NCBI GenBank assembly: GCA_951406725.2
Contig: OX597831.1
Span: forward strand, 33,852,001-33,916,000
Direction of reading: 5' to 3'
DNA: 64,000 nucleotides
Source: Octopus vulgaris
Lineage: Eukaryota
In this document: piece after piece, positions 1 through 13,933 of the stretch
Numbering within the stretch: position 1 is the stretch's first letter
Layout: each line of letters starts with the position of its first letter
Notes under the pieces: generated by a model
Databases searched by the model: none
The model's input: only the letters and a program-made list of their open reading frames with translations
What the model was told of the DNA's origin: nothing
Made by a program: the position numbers and the translations under genes

Positions 1-290
1 TTAACGTCCGTTTTCCGTGCTAGCACGGGTTGGGCAGTGTGACCGGGTCTCGGAAGCCAGGAGGCTGCACCAGGCTCCAGTCTGATCTGGCAGTGTTTCT
101 ACAGGTGGATGACCTTCCTAACGCCAACCACACTGTGAGTGTAGTGACTGCTTTTTTCGTGCCGACGGCACTGGTGCCAGGGGGCTCGCAGTGGCAACGA
201 TCGGTTGGTGCTTTTTACGTGCCACCAGCACAGAAGCAAGTCAAGGCGGTGCTGCAATCGGCCACGTTCGGATGGTGCTTTTTACGTGCT
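1..290 (-). mobile_element. SINE-like repeat fragment (3' portion)
   Basis: Minus strand reads GGTTGGCGTTAGGAAGGTCATCC...GGAAAACGGACGTTAA, resembling an abundant cephalopod SINE body and tail; recognised by eye, not aligned. Confidence 0.55.
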
Positions 291-356
291 GAAAGGAAGC
301 AACAGAAAGTAACACCCACACTCTTACCCGCGCGTAGAGCGGGTCACCTTCAGCTA

Positions 357-409
<53 letters not shown>

Positions 410-417
410 TATATATA

Positions 418-466
<49 letters not shown>

Positions 467-1439
467 ATACATATATATACATACATATGCTCATACATGT
501 ATATGCACGAGGAACAAGTAAAAATCTGCTAGAGTTTTCTTAAGTCTAAAATGTGACTTTGTTTTTGATATCTACATTCCAACATTATATATTTGTTAGT
601 AACCAGCTCCTTCTTCAGAGGAATGACTTAGATAATTAAAAACAGAAGAGAATAAACCTACCTACCTACATATATACATACATACATACATACATACATA
701 CATACATACATACATACATACATACATACATACATACATGCATACATACATACATGCATACATGCATACATACATACATACATACCAATATTTGGACTGC
801 TTGATTGGACGCTTGATGTAATCGGAACCATTGATGTGAAAACCCTGAAGATATTAACCAGTACACATAATTTCTACATGGGCAAATGTGTGACGTAGAC
901 TACCTCTAGCTAAAAGGGAACCAAGGCAGCAGGGGCTTAACATCGATCCAAAATGCCTTCGAATGTTGTATCTTATCCCTTCGGCAATATCATTCAACCA
1001 CCAAGTGTCGAAATGCATCCTTTGACCAAGTTTGCAAACATGAGGCTGATAATATTATAAGACTTAGTTTCTTGTCTACAGAGCCATACTTGCGTTGTGT
1101 CTAATCAATGTTTTTTTTATGTTTCTTAATTATATTGATTGTTCATGCTTACTTATGTCTTTCTCGGTAGAAACATCATGACTGAAGGTTAAAAGTAATT
1201 TCCTTCGCGATCTTGAGGAGCTGCGGCGTTCGATCTCAAGGTGTGGCATCTTTGGTAGGTATTATCATAGTCTCGAGTTTTGTGATGGGAAACTGTTTGG
1301 AAGCCCAACTTTGTGGCACTCTGTTTCGATGGTTCTGTTTTAAGATTACCTTAAAGCTACACGAGTTTTCGGAATACTCAGCAACGTATATGCTAATGCA
1401 ATGAGAAGATAGTTCAGTTGTTCTAACAATTTGAACGTA

Positions 1440-1830
1440 GGCGTAGGGGCGGCTGTGTGGTAAGTAGCTTGCCACATGGTTCCGGGTTCAGTCCCACTGC
1501 GTGGCATCTTCGGCAAATGTCTTCTACTATAGCCTCGGGCCGACTAAAGCCTTGCGAGTGGATTTGGTAGACGGAAACTGAAAGAAGCCTGTCTTATATA
1601 TGCATATATATATATGTGTGTGTATATGTTTGTGTGTCTGTGTTTGTCCACCTAACATCGCTTGACAACCAATGCTGGTGTGTTTACGTCCCCGTAACTT
1701 AGCTGTTCGGCAAAAGCGACCGATAGAATAAGTACTAGGCTTACAAAGAATAAGTCCTGGGGTCGATTTGCTCGACTAAAGGTGGTGATCGAGCATGGCC
1801 ACAGTCAAATGATTGACTCAAGTAAAAGAG
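1440..1830 (+). mobile_element. tRNA-derived SINE, family A (CORE-like), near full length
   Basis: A box GGCTGTGTGG, B box GGTTCAGTCCC, CORE-like CTTCGGCAAATGTC, internal (TA/TG)n, tail ...CATGGCCACAGTCAAATGA...AAGTAAAAGAG; many homologous copies in the window. Confidence 0.85.
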
Positions 1831-2674
1831 AAAGAAAGAGAAATTCCTCGTCGAGACCGACGGAGGTTCATTAAAATCCTCTCCCGCATTATAATATGCA
1901 TCTATTTAGTCATTTTCCTAACATTACTTTGTGCAGTACGGTGAAGTCTGTGGTTCGCTGACGAAATTACATTATATCAAACCCAAACACGTTCCTTATT
2001 AGTCAGAGAGCTAATTTATCCTCATCGATAACGACGGAGATCCGAAAATGTCAACTCGCGTATAATAATATACATCCATTTAGAGATTTTCCTTATTATA
2101 CTTCAGGCAGTACAGTAAAACCTGTCCTTCGCTGATGAAATTCAATTATACCGAAACACGCCCCTTGCTTTCCGACATAATTAAAACCTTATTAGTCATG
2201 CAGCTAATGTTGTCTTCTCATTGCATAAATATTTCTAATTAGATTTTCGATACTCACTACATTAAATATATTAACACTAACTTAATTATTGTGTGCGTGT
2301 GTATTTAATGAGAATGACGTTTCTTACTAATTAAACTCCGTGATTTATATTTTAAATCGAGGTTACCATTTCTTTTACTGTTCATTTATCAGAGACTTCT
2401 TGGACGTTTTAGAAAGTGTTTTGACGTCCTCTGGGACGGTCTGGCCGATCTGGCTAAGCTGAGGTTACTGCATTCTTTTCTCGATGTTGTTGTTGTTGTT
2501 GTTATTATTGGCGCGTTGGCAAAATTGTTTGAGTATTGTAAAAATTGTTTCCGTGGAATTCAACCCAGCACTTAACGTTCGGAGTTTAAACTTTGCTGAG
2601 GTTAAGTTTCATTGATCTACGATTGATAAAACAATGTATAAAATAATGTACCTGTTACGTACTGAGTTCGATGC

Positions 2675-3859
<1,185 letters not shown>

Positions 3860-3928
3860 TTATAGATTAACCCCTTCCGCTCAAAAGATTGCTGATCTGA
3901 AATCAGGAACTGTTATCATTATTATTAA

Positions 3929-3989
<61 letters not shown>

Positions 3990-3992
3990 ATG

Positions 3993-4039
<47 letters not shown>

Positions 4040-4051
4040 GAAAATATGAAA

Positions 4052-4240
4052 GGTGGTGAGCTGGCAGAATCGTTAGCACGCCGGGCAAAATACTTCGTAA
4101 TAATTTGCCCGTCTTTACTTCCTGAGTTCAAATTCCGATGAGGTTGACTTTGCTTTTCATCCATTCTGGGTGAATAAAATAAGTACTAGTTGAACACCGG
4201 AGTGGATGTCATCGGCTCCCCCAATCCCTGTAATAGAAAT
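4052..4240 (+). mobile_element. tRNA-derived SINE, family B (Meta-domain-like)
   Basis: GGTGGTGAGCTGGCAGAATCGTTAG head, GAGTTCAAATTCC B box, GAGGTTGACTTTGCTTTTCATCC central motif; further decayed copies follow to ~4680. Confidence 0.75.
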
Positions 4241-4694
4241 CTTTACTATGAAAGCGTCAGGCTTAAAGAAGCAGAAAATTTGCCTGTGATTCCATTTCTA
4301 GGCCCTCTACATTCTGAGTTCAAATCCCGCCGAGGTTAACTTTGTTTTTACTTCTTTCAGAGTCGATAGAATGAAGTCCCAGTGAAGTACTGAATTCACT
4401 AGTAGCGACTATTCCCCTTCCTCTCAAAATGGCCAGCTTTGTGCCTATGCTGAAAACTATTTAAAGGCGGCGATGTGGCAGAATAGTTAGAACTTCGGAA
4501 AAATACTTTGCGGTATACCTTGACTCGTTACATTCTGAGATAAATTTCCGTCGAGGTCAATCTTGACATTTGTCTTCTTGATGTCGATGAAATAAAGTTC
4601 CAATGAAGTACTGAGACCCATGCAATCGATTAACTCCTGCCCTAAAATTTCAGGCCTTGTACCTATATTGGAAATGATAATTATGTTTATTCAT

Positions 4695-5060
4695 GGTTGT
4701 GTGGTTAAGAAGCGCTCACTACGGCCACGTGAGTTCAGATCTATCTCATGGAACCTTGGTCAAATGTTATCTGCTACAGCCCTGGACCGACCAATGCTAG
4801 ACGGAAAATATATGGAATCAGCTTATATCTATGTGTATGTGTGTATGTGTGAGTATGTGTGTGTGTACTCCACAGCTTCACAACAGGTGTTGGTTTGTTT
4901 ACATCCTTTTAAGGTAGCTGTTCAACAAGAGACCTATAGAATCATCAGTTCCAGACTTAAAACGTAAGTCCTGGGATCGATTTATACCACTAAAATCTTT
5001 CAAGGAGGTGCCCCAGCATGGCCGCAGTCAAATGACTGAAAGAAATAAAAGATATAAGAT
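4695..5060 (+). mobile_element. Decayed SINE family A
   Basis: Collinear with 1440-1830, including the tail GGTGCCCCAGCATGGCCGCAGTCAAATGACTGAA. Confidence 0.7.
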
Positions 5061-5069
5061 CCTTATTCC

Positions 5070-5515
5070 TTCATTTGCCTAGTGATGATCGTATTAACAC
5101 TGGATTGTTTAATTAACTCCCTATCAAGTTATATGACCCCTAGTAGACAGTACTTTCTGCAGGATATTTGCTGTTCCCAAAAGTGTTTTCGTTTGCAATG
5201 TCGTATTGCTGGGACAGATTCCAAATCATGTCCAGGCGCTTCTGAAAGATTTACATTACTAACCCAAGTGCTTCAATCAAAATTGGTATCACTGTTGATT
5301 TCATATTCCACATTCTCTTGACATTCATTCTCAAGTCGGCATATTGTATGGTCTTAATGTTTCTTTTACCATTGATGTAGTAACCACGTGGACAAGCTAT
5401 GCCAATCAACAAACCCCTCCTTACAGTACCTCTCTCCACCAAAGTCATGTCTGGCCTTGTATGTCCTTAAGCTCTGGATTGTAAAGTCCCTAAAGGGTTT
5501 TCACAATCTGTTTTT
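5070..5515 (-). mobile_element. R4/Dong-clade non-LTR retrotransposon 3' fragment (restriction-like endonuclease), pseudogenised
   Basis: Translates DFTIQ..TRPDMTLVER..LLIGIACP..YADLRMNVKRMWNMKSTVIPILIEALG and, after a frameshift, KTLLGTANILQKVLS, the typical R4-clade RLE C-terminus. Confidence 0.75.
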
Positions 5516-5542
5516 CTATGACCTTTTATCATTATTATTACT

Positions 5543-6081
5543 GAATGAGAGAGCAGCTCATGCCATCAAAGTGACACTGGGGTGATATATATGAAAGCCA
5601 TTACACCCATCATGACTACCTGTCTGATAAGGGTATACCAGGCACATGCATCACAACCATATGTGTGTGACATGGTGATCTCATATCAAGATAAACAGTC
5701 TATAACCTAGCAGCTAGAATTTTTTCCGGTCAAGTAGCCTATCCTGCTCAAAAAATCCCTGAATAAGTGTCGTTTAAGGATGTTGAACAAAACACCCATG
5801 TTCCTAAAGGTGAATTATCGAAACTCCAAATAATTCCTCTCAATACATGGCTATGATGCTCCCCCACTACTTCTGCTCGTGATCAGAGATGCACATATGG
5901 TCAGCCACTAAGAGATATGTTCAACTGGTTAAGGTCAAACATGTGACAAGCAAATATATGGTATTGAACAGAATATTTGCTGTAGCTCATCTTTTATACC
6001 AACACAAAACAATGTACTACATAATGACACGTCCAATCAGTTAAGATCAGAACCACTGCCTGGTACTGCATCAGGGCATTA
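5543..6081 (-). mobile_element. ~540-bp interspersed repeat (family E) flanked by (ATT)n
   Basis: Reverse complement of 51110-51648 and 57422-57776; orientation is relative to those copies. Confidence 0.8.
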
Positions 6082-6138
6082 CCATCAACATCATAATTAT
6101 CATTATTATTATTATTGTTGTTATTATTATTATTATTG

Positions 6139-6228
<90 letters not shown>

Positions 6229-6289
6229 TTATTGTTGTTGTTGTTGTTTATTGCTGCGGTTGTCATTATTGGTATTGTTTTTGTGTGGC

Positions 6290-7130
6290 TTTCCAAATCT
6301 ATAATCAATGACATTCCAACCGTGACCATCACGGATTTAGTTTTAGATTAAGACATAGTAAATCTAAAACTACATTTCCCCAGTGTTTTTCTTTTTAATC
6401 CGAGTAGGGTGATGATGTGTGTTTTAGTAATTGTTGTTCTTGTTTAGAACCTTATCGACTCTGATGCGGGGAAACCTATGATGAAAGGATTTCCAACCGT
6501 GATCACCCCTCCTTTCATTTAGGCAACTTATACCAAGGACTTAACATGTTCTTCATATGGTGTTACTATCTCTTAATATTTTTGTTGTAGTTTAGTCCAA
6601 GATCAAACTTAATCACTTAAACCTTTGATTAGAGGCCTTCCGTCCGCGGCACTCCCAACTTCACTTTTTTTCAGACAATATATATATGACCAGGATTTGC
6701 ATTATCCAATGTGTCCTTCCTTTTTTTCTAAGGTGATAACATGTGATGTTGCTATACGTTGTTGTTTAAACCCACATCGAGACTGATGATCAAAGGCGTT
6801 CTAGCTGTGACCGTCCCATCTTTTTCCAGAGACAAAATACAGCTGTTATTACATAATCAAATTTGATCTTTAAAAGATAAAAGTATGTGGTTGCAGGGCG
6901 ATTTGGCTGCTGCTTTTAGCAGGTGAAACACCTATGTAGAGACATCACCGTTTAGTGTATCTACGGTCATTGTATGAGTGTGTGGTTGTCCGGTCGTTGT
7001 GTGCGTTTCAGTTGTCCAGTCGTAACTAACCCATATTTCAGTCAGACACAGCGTACATCTAGGACTTTGTTTCTCAATGTACCCTTCGCCCACGTTTTTA
7101 CGACACTAGGATATTATGGTGTGATGTATA
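6290..7130 (+). repeat. Diverged tandem array, about 5 units of ~150-220 bp
   Basis: Recurring CCTATGATCAAAGGCATTCCARCCGTGACCATCCC-like motif near 6300, 6475, 6622, 6785 and 7010. Confidence 0.6.
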
Positions 7131-7189
7131 TTAATTTAGTATTGTTCTTTAACTTGTTTTAGCCCACACTGTTCAGGAAATGGTGGACA

Positions 7190-7710
7190 GAATCCAGAGG
7201 AAAATTTTATTGGAAATGAAGTCACAAGAGAAAAAGACAGAGGAAAATGTTGTGAGAAATGAAGTGACAGGAAACAATTTTCAGCTAAAAAAAAAAGTAC
7301 AAAATGTTGCAGAAAATTTGTCATAGGAAAAAAATTACATTAATATGTCCCACACAAAAATCCCGCTAAGTTACAGGGAGAAAGTCACGGTATAAAGTCG
7401 TAGGAAAAGTCACAAGTCATAGAAAAAGTGGCAGGAGGAGTCATTGGGCAAAAATCACAGAGAACAGTCATAGGAAGAAAGTTTCGAAAAAAAAATTATA
7501 TCAAAATCACAAAACAAAAGGGCTAAAATATAAAATGTAAAAACTTGTTTAAAAAAAAGGCAACAATTACAGAAAAATCGCAAGAAAATGATATGAGAAA
7601 AGAAGTCACAAGAAAAATCTCATAGGTAGTCAAACACAAAAAACAAAAAAGAACAAAAAGAAAACTCAGAAAAAGTCACGGGAAGAGTCACAAATGTTAT
7701 AGAAAAATTT
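7190..7710 (+). repeat. Degenerate A-rich short-unit tandem repeat (GGAAAAAGTCACA-like)
   Basis: Repeated AAAAGTCACA / AAAAGTCATAGG variants. Confidence 0.6.
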
Positions 7711-7789
7711 TAATTGTATTTAAACTTTTTATGTTTCATTGCTTCACTTAAATGATGGAGTAAATCGGTTTTATTTTCTTCACAAACGT

Positions 7790-8035
7790 AATGTTCCTTC
7801 TCGAGCCATGTCAGGCTCACAAGGGCCGGTTTCCCGGTTTCAGTGGCGTAGAAATTCCCCACCTGGGACGCCGGTCCGTTACAGGATTACTCCTTTTTGC
7901 CAGCTGAGTGGACTGGAGCAACGTGAAAATGAAGTGTTTTGCTCAAGAACACAACGCATCGCCCGGTCTAGGAATCGAAACCACAACCTTACGATCATGA
8001 GTTCAATACTCTAACCACTAAGCCACGCGTCTTCA
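7790..8035 (-). mobile_element. tRNA-derived SINE, family C (V-domain-like)
   Basis: Minus strand: GCGTGGCTTAGTGGTTAG...GGTTTCGATTCC...TTGAGCAAAACACTT...CCAGTCCACTCAGCTGGC. Confidence 0.8.
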
Positions 8036-8054
8036 CAAATAAATAAATGCACCC

Positions 8055-8293
8055 TTTTAAAGCCTAGCCAGGCTCATGGGCCCGGTTTTCGGTTTCAATG
8101 GCGTGTGTCTTCCCTAGCTGGACGGGATGCCAGTCCATCGCAGCGTTACTCATTTTTGCCAGCTGAGTGGACTGGAGCAACGTGAAATGAAGTGGTTTGC
8201 TCAAGAATACAACGCGTCGCCCGGTCCAGGAATTGAAACCACACTCTTACAATCATGATGCTGACACCCTAACCACTAAGCCACGCGCCTCCA
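8055..8293 (-). mobile_element. SINE family C, second adjacent copy
   Basis: Same head and body, with CTGCGATGGACTGGCATCCCGTCCAG (V-domain-like motif). Confidence 0.8.
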
Positions 8294-8316
8294 CTCACAA
8301 ACGTAATGCTGTTGTA

Positions 8317-8966
8317 CAAGGTTGGGATCTTTTCGGTTTGAACGGCAGTTTTTAACATAATTTCTAGGTAAGTAAAAAATTTTAAACTTCGTACACTGGT
8401 AGAATGTGTTTATAAAACATCTTTTTCTCTTTGGCTTTATTGAGAAAATTCTATAGTTTGTAAGGTATTTGTTGTTTTTTTTCTTCAATTTCTGCAATTT
8501 CAACCAATCACTGACGTCTATTGAGGTAAAAAAAACATTCTGTGCCGTATGAATATGTCCCTCGTTTAAGAAACAGATTGGGTTTATTTACATTTGTGAA
8601 GAAAAAAAAGATACCCTCCCCCCCGCTAACCCTAAAATAGATTGAAATGCAGTAGATCGATACTAGGGTCATAATTATGGGTGGCAATTTCATATGACAC
8701 TGCTAGAAGAAAACTGCCGTTCAAACCGAAAAGATCCCAAGGTTGGCCAAAAGTCACCCAACAGTAAATCAAAATTCCATAAATACTTAATATTCAATTT
8801 TATTTATACATTTGAAAAATATGTCGTCCAAGAAGGACACAGTTCGAAAAAAATTCATAATGTTTCATATTTAGATGCTTTTATTAAATTCATACAGTTA
8901 TTAAACAAATAAATCTTGGAATCAGATGGTTTTATGTTACTGTAAGATGACTTTTGGCCAACCCTG
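8317..8966. mobile_element. Tc1/mariner-type MITE (host of a nested insertion)
   Basis: TA-CAAGGTT|GGCCAAAAGTCA ... TGACTTTTGGCCAACCCTG-TA; the left TIR is split by the 8324-8738 element. Confidence 0.75.
8324..8738. mobile_element. MITE with 29-bp TIRs and 6-bp TSD
   Basis: GGGATCTTTTCGGTTTGAACGGCAGTTTT ... AAAACTGCCGTTCAAACCGAAAAGATCCC, with AAGGTT on both sides. Confidence 0.85.
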
Positions 8967-9739
8967 TATAAATAGGTTGTCGTTGTGTACCAGTGAATTA
9001 AAATATGTTAGTAAATGACTTCCAATATTGGTTAATTATTTTAACTGTTACTCATGGTATTTAAATAAAATCTAACATTTCCCCCCCATCCCGCTGTGAT
9101 ATTATTTCCACACCTCGCCGTTAACACCTGCTGTGTCGGTTAATTTAATGATTTACCAATTTAATTTTAGCGACATGTGTATATTTATGCAGAGTTACGT
9201 GTGTTTGTATAGACCCGAACTCTCTGTTTATTTATTCAAAGTTGTATTTATTTATTTAATTTGGTGTTGGTATGCATACATTATTTCAAGATGGGTGAAT
9301 TTTATTCGGTAGCTTTGTCATTTAATTTAGTCACTGTTTGTGCCAATTTACAAAATGTTTGTACTGTTTAGAGTTGTATGCATAAATTTATTTGTTGTTT
9401 AATAACGTGGAGATATATGTGCTAAAAGTAATCTGAATATTAATTTTATTCATTTAATCATTTACTTTATTTTGTTGTTTATATTCGTCTAATTGCATTT
9501 GTCATTATTGCGGCTGAAATTGCAATAATACTCAATAATACACATGAAAAATGATATAGACACGAGTGTAATATGTTTAAGATGCAATCATTGAAACAAT
9601 AGGAAATATTACCTCCTTGCTAAGAACCGTAAAATTGCACGTGTAATACGCAGTTTTATACCACTAACACCAAGTTAACCCTTTGCCTATACTGTGTGTA
9701 ACAGGTGATATATATCACGAGATACATGTCTATACATGC

Positions 9740-10210
9740 GGAGGCGTAATGGCCTAGTGGTTTGGGCAGCGGACTCGCGGTCGTAGGATCGCGGTTTCGA
9801 TTTCCATTGTGAGTGTTTATTGAGCGAAAACACCTCTGCTCCGGCAGAGGGTGCTGGTGAACCCTGCTGTACTCTTTCACCACAACTTTCTCTCACTCTT
9901 TCTTCCTGTTTCAAAAGGCCAGCCTTGTCACACTCTATGTCACGCTGAATCTCTCCGAGAACAACGTTAAGGGTACACGTATCAGTGGAGTGCTCAGCCA
10001 CTTGCACGTTAATAAATGCGCTGCGACGTCACTGGTGCCAAGCTGCATCGGCCTTTGCCTTTCCTTTAGATAACATCGGTGGCGTGAAGAGGGGGGGCTG
10101 GTATGAGTGGGCGACTGCTGGTCTTCCATAAAACAACCTTGCCCAGACTTGTGCCTCGGAGGGTAACTTTCTAGGTGCAATGCCATGGTTATTCATGACC
10201 GAAGGGGGTC
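9740..10210 (+). mobile_element. tRNA-derived SINE, family D
   Basis: GGAGGCGTAATGGCCTAGTGG...GGTTTCGATTTCC head; body homologous to 44345-44705(-) and 56720-56862(+). Confidence 0.75.
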
Positions 10211-10319
10211 ACAACACAACAATGTCTATACATCATATATGATACACCTTCCCAGTTTTTTCCCCTTTAAAGTAACTTGTGACTTATAAAGGCAAACTTT
10301 ATATTATTGGTTTTCAAAT

Positions 10320-10500
10320 TTTGGCACAAGGCCAGCAATGTAGGTTGGTTACATGGACTCAACTGGTACTTATTTTATCGACCCCGAAACGATAAAAGAC
10401 AAAGTCAACCTCGGAGGAGTTTGAACTCAGAATGTGAAGACGGAGAAATTGCCGCTAAGCATTTCGTCCGGCATGCTAAAGATTCTGCCCACTGGCCACC
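10320..10500 (-). mobile_element. SINE family B
   Basis: Reverse complement of the family B head and central motif. Confidence 0.7.
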
Positions 10501-10507
10501 TTATATA

Positions 10508-10765
10508 CGGTGTTCAAAAAGTCTTCCCGCAGTAAGTATTTTATTGCAGAATAAATATTTATAAGATGCTATAAGACTACGAAAGAATACATTAGAATTT
10601 ACAAGACTTTAAAGCATTTTGTAAGAGGTGCTGAAAGTGTCGACCTTCATTTTTAATACCTAAGTTGACTCTTTTACACATGTTTTGAAATACATCTTGG
10701 CGAGTTTCCCTGTTGGAGAGTCAGGATGAAAAAATCCACTGCGGAGAGAGTTTTTGAACGCCCTG
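10508..10765. mobile_element. Tc1/mariner-type MITE
   Basis: TA-CGGTGTTCAAAAAGTCTTCCCGC ... GCGGAGAGAGTTTTTGAACGCCCTG-TA. Confidence 0.65.
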
Positions 10766-10784
10766 TATTATTAAGAAGGTAAGA

Positions 10785-11300
10785 GGCGGCGAGCTGGCAG
10801 AATCGTTAGCACGCCGGGCGAAATGCTTAGCGGTATTTCGTCTGTCTTTACGTTCTGAGTTCAAATTCCGCCAAGGTCCACTTTGCCTTTCATCCTTTCG
10901 GGGTCGATAAATTAAGTACCAGTTACGCACTGGAGTCGATATAATCGACTTAATCCGTTTATCTGTCCTTGTTTGTCCCTTCTGTGTTTAGCCCCTTGAG
11001 GGTAGTAAAGAAATAGGTATTTCGTCTGCCGCTACGTTCTGTGTTCACATTCCACCGAGGTCGACTTTGCCTTTCATCCTTTCGGGGTCGATAAATTAAG
11101 TACCAGTTACGCACTGGGGGCGATATAATCGACTTAATCCGTTTATCTGTCCTTGTTTGTCCCCTCTGTGTTTAGCCCCTTGTGGGTAGTAAAGAAATAA
11201 GCATTTCGTTTGCCAGTACGTTCTGAAACACTCGAGTCAATGCAATCGTCTAGTCCCCTTCCCCAAAATGTGAAGGCCTTGTACCTTCAGCAGAAAGGAT
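10785..11300 (+). mobile_element. SINE family B with internal ~185-bp tandem duplication
   Basis: Head GGCGGCGAGCTGGCAGAATCG; block GGTATTTCGTCTG...AAAGAAATA present twice; TTATTAAGAAGGTAAG on both flanks, consistent with a TSD. Confidence 0.85.
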
Positions 11301-12354
11301 TATTAAGAAGGTAAGAAACACTAACTACAAATTCGAAAACAAACATGAACATTTAAGACAAACTTATAAGACAGGCAAAAAGGTTAAAATTAAGGAAGTG
11401 TATAATGATTTCTGTAAAGATACATGACTAGGGTTGTGCGTTTTATTCTTGAGCAACATACTTCGTTTCTGCTCGAGTCCATTCAACTGAAAATAAACAA
11501 ATCTGCAGGTAACTGTCACACCGTCCAGATAGAATGTTGAGATCTCGGTAACTAATGCACCATAGGAACCCTCCATGGCAAATGGTACTGAAAATGGCTA
11601 TTTTTTTTTTTACTTGTTATATATATGTCCTAAATATGTTTGAACTAGAGTAAAAGTTTGTTTTATAATCTTATTTATTCTTCCACTACTTCTGCAAGTA
11701 TGATGAAGTCTATACTTCGCCGACGAGTTCAAAATAAGGTCGAAACATATCCGGAATATTCTCCCTTGCTTTGCTGAAATACTTTAAAAGCGTGTTAATC
11801 ATTCCGAAATAGCTAATATTGAATTAATTATGTTAACCTAATAATATTATAGTAATAATAACTAACGTGTTTTCCTCTTTAGTTAATTATTCCTGGCTGT
11901 TTTAACGATCCATGAATTAAATATATTCAACATCTGACAGTCTAACAATTTGACATTTTCTGTTGTATTTGAATAAGGACCTTTCTGTAATTTTGGGTTG
12001 CATGGCTTTCGGATCTCATCCTCCCCTCCTTTCTTTTTCGTCATCTTCTTCTTCGTTGCCCTAATCGTCCTTGTTCTCCTTGGTCTCCTCCTCCCCGCCT
12101 CCCCACCTCCTTTTCCTCATCGTCGTCGTCGTCCTCCTCTCCTCCTCCTCCTTCTTCTTCTCCTTCTTCTCCTTCTTCTTCTCCTTCTTCTTCTCCTCTT
12201 CTTCTTCTTCTTCTTCTTCTTCTTCTTCTTCTTCTTCTTCTTCTTCTTCTTCATGCGTGTTTCTGTACGCTCGTGCGCATGCTTGTATGTGTGTGCCAGC
12301 TAAATATTTCACGCAACGTCAGCTTTTATGCTTGAACATGTGTCTGTCCGTCCG

Positions 12355-12414
<60 letters not shown>

Positions 12415-12850
12415 CCTCCGGTAGCTTTGTAGTTAAATAAGTCAGAGTTAATACAATTTAGCGCAGGAAACATTAAATATATGTTCCCTGGCTCAGGATA
12501 ATTATACACTTGTAGTTTACAGAAAAATAGGAAAAAATGAAACGAAGAATGTTAGTGTTTAAACATCGGTCTGTTTGATAAAGACTAACATGAAGCAAAA
12601 AAAAAGAAACAAAAAAAAAACCTGCAGCAGAAACAACAGCAACAACAACAACAACATCAACAGCAAGAAGAGCATCATCAGCATTGTCAGCAACAGCAAT
12701 GAGAACAGCAACAATAAAACACACCAAAGCAGCAACAGCGTCGTTATCAACAACAAAACATCGCCGTTGTCGTCGTCGTTGTCGTCGTCCTCCCCCTCCT
12801 CCTCCTCCTCCTCCTCCTCCTCCTCATCATCATCATCATCATCATCACCG

Positions 12851-12892
<42 letters not shown>

Positions 12893-12895
12893 CCG

Positions 12896-12943
<48 letters not shown>

Positions 12944-13479
12944 CCGTCATCATCATCATCATCATCATCATCATCGTCATCATCATCATCATCATCATCA
13001 TCATCAGCCACAACAAATAGAATAAGAGCAACAACAACAACAACAACAACAACAACAGCAACAACGAAAGAAAAGTCGAATTAAACAATAAAATAAAATT
13101 AGAATAATATTGATACGAAACGGTTGGTAACTTGCAAAGAAATACTTAGGTGAGGCAAAAGAAACAAAAAAAAACCCGACAAAATAGAAACAAAAGAAAT
13201 AAAGCAAAAACAAAGGCCCAACCAAAAAACAACAACAAAAACAAAAAAAAACATGGCTGCAAATAAATAAAAATAAACAAAAACACCAAGCAAAAACGAG
13301 AAAAAAATATACAAACATTCTAGGTAACGTGGGAATGTGTATATCTTACAATTCATTATCGTAGAACAGGGCCTCGGTACTTAATGCAAAATGCAATTAA
13401 AGAAGTAAATTAATTAAAAATAAAATAAATATGTTAACAAAAATAACATATAACTGAAATGAATATACGAACTTTCTAA

Positions 13480-13575
13480 TTAATTACTGAACACAATTTT
13501 CCCTATACTCCCGTCTAGCAACAGCGACTCAGTTGTACGCCACTCGCGGCGCGCCGCCCACCAATCGGATTCCAA
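13480..13575 (-). promoter_or_regulatory. Candidate Pol II core promoter
   Basis: Isolated CpG-rich patch CTCGCGGCGCGCCGCCCACCAATC (GC box plus CCAAT at 13561) about 70 bp from a minus-strand TCAGT Inr-like motif near 13488. Confidence 0.3.
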
Positions 13576-13785
13576 TTTTCTCTGTTGTTTCTTGTTTGCG
13601 AGTAAAAATAATTATATATATATTTGTATTTATAAATGTTTTCTTGATAACTGTAGAAATAGCAGTAGAGAAGAGTAAACTAAAAACAGCATTGGAATGA
13701 TGTATACATATATGTATGGTATGTATGTATGTACGTATAAATGCTTACATTTATACATACATGCATATACGTGAATGTATATATT

Positions 13786-13851
<66 letters not shown>

Positions 13852-13933
13852 TATAAGATCGTTAATTTCAATATCGATCTTATCAAGTGTCCAGCATGGG
13901 AATGAAAACCTTTAAAGGTAATAATTATTATTA

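Noticed and set aside
11364-11576. 70-aa minus-strand ORF with good Kozak context and acceptor-like site
   Set aside because: The sequence is a decayed family C SINE (CAGTTGAATGGACTCGAGCAG...TTGCTCAAGAA)
11924-11975. Possible miRNA hairpin TATTCAA...TTGAATA
   Set aside because: Weak, bulged pairing and no recognisable mature miRNA
12559-13088. Poly-D/poly-S/poly-H ORFs
   Set aside because: All frames are open because of (CAT)n and (CCT)n repeats; no domain recognised
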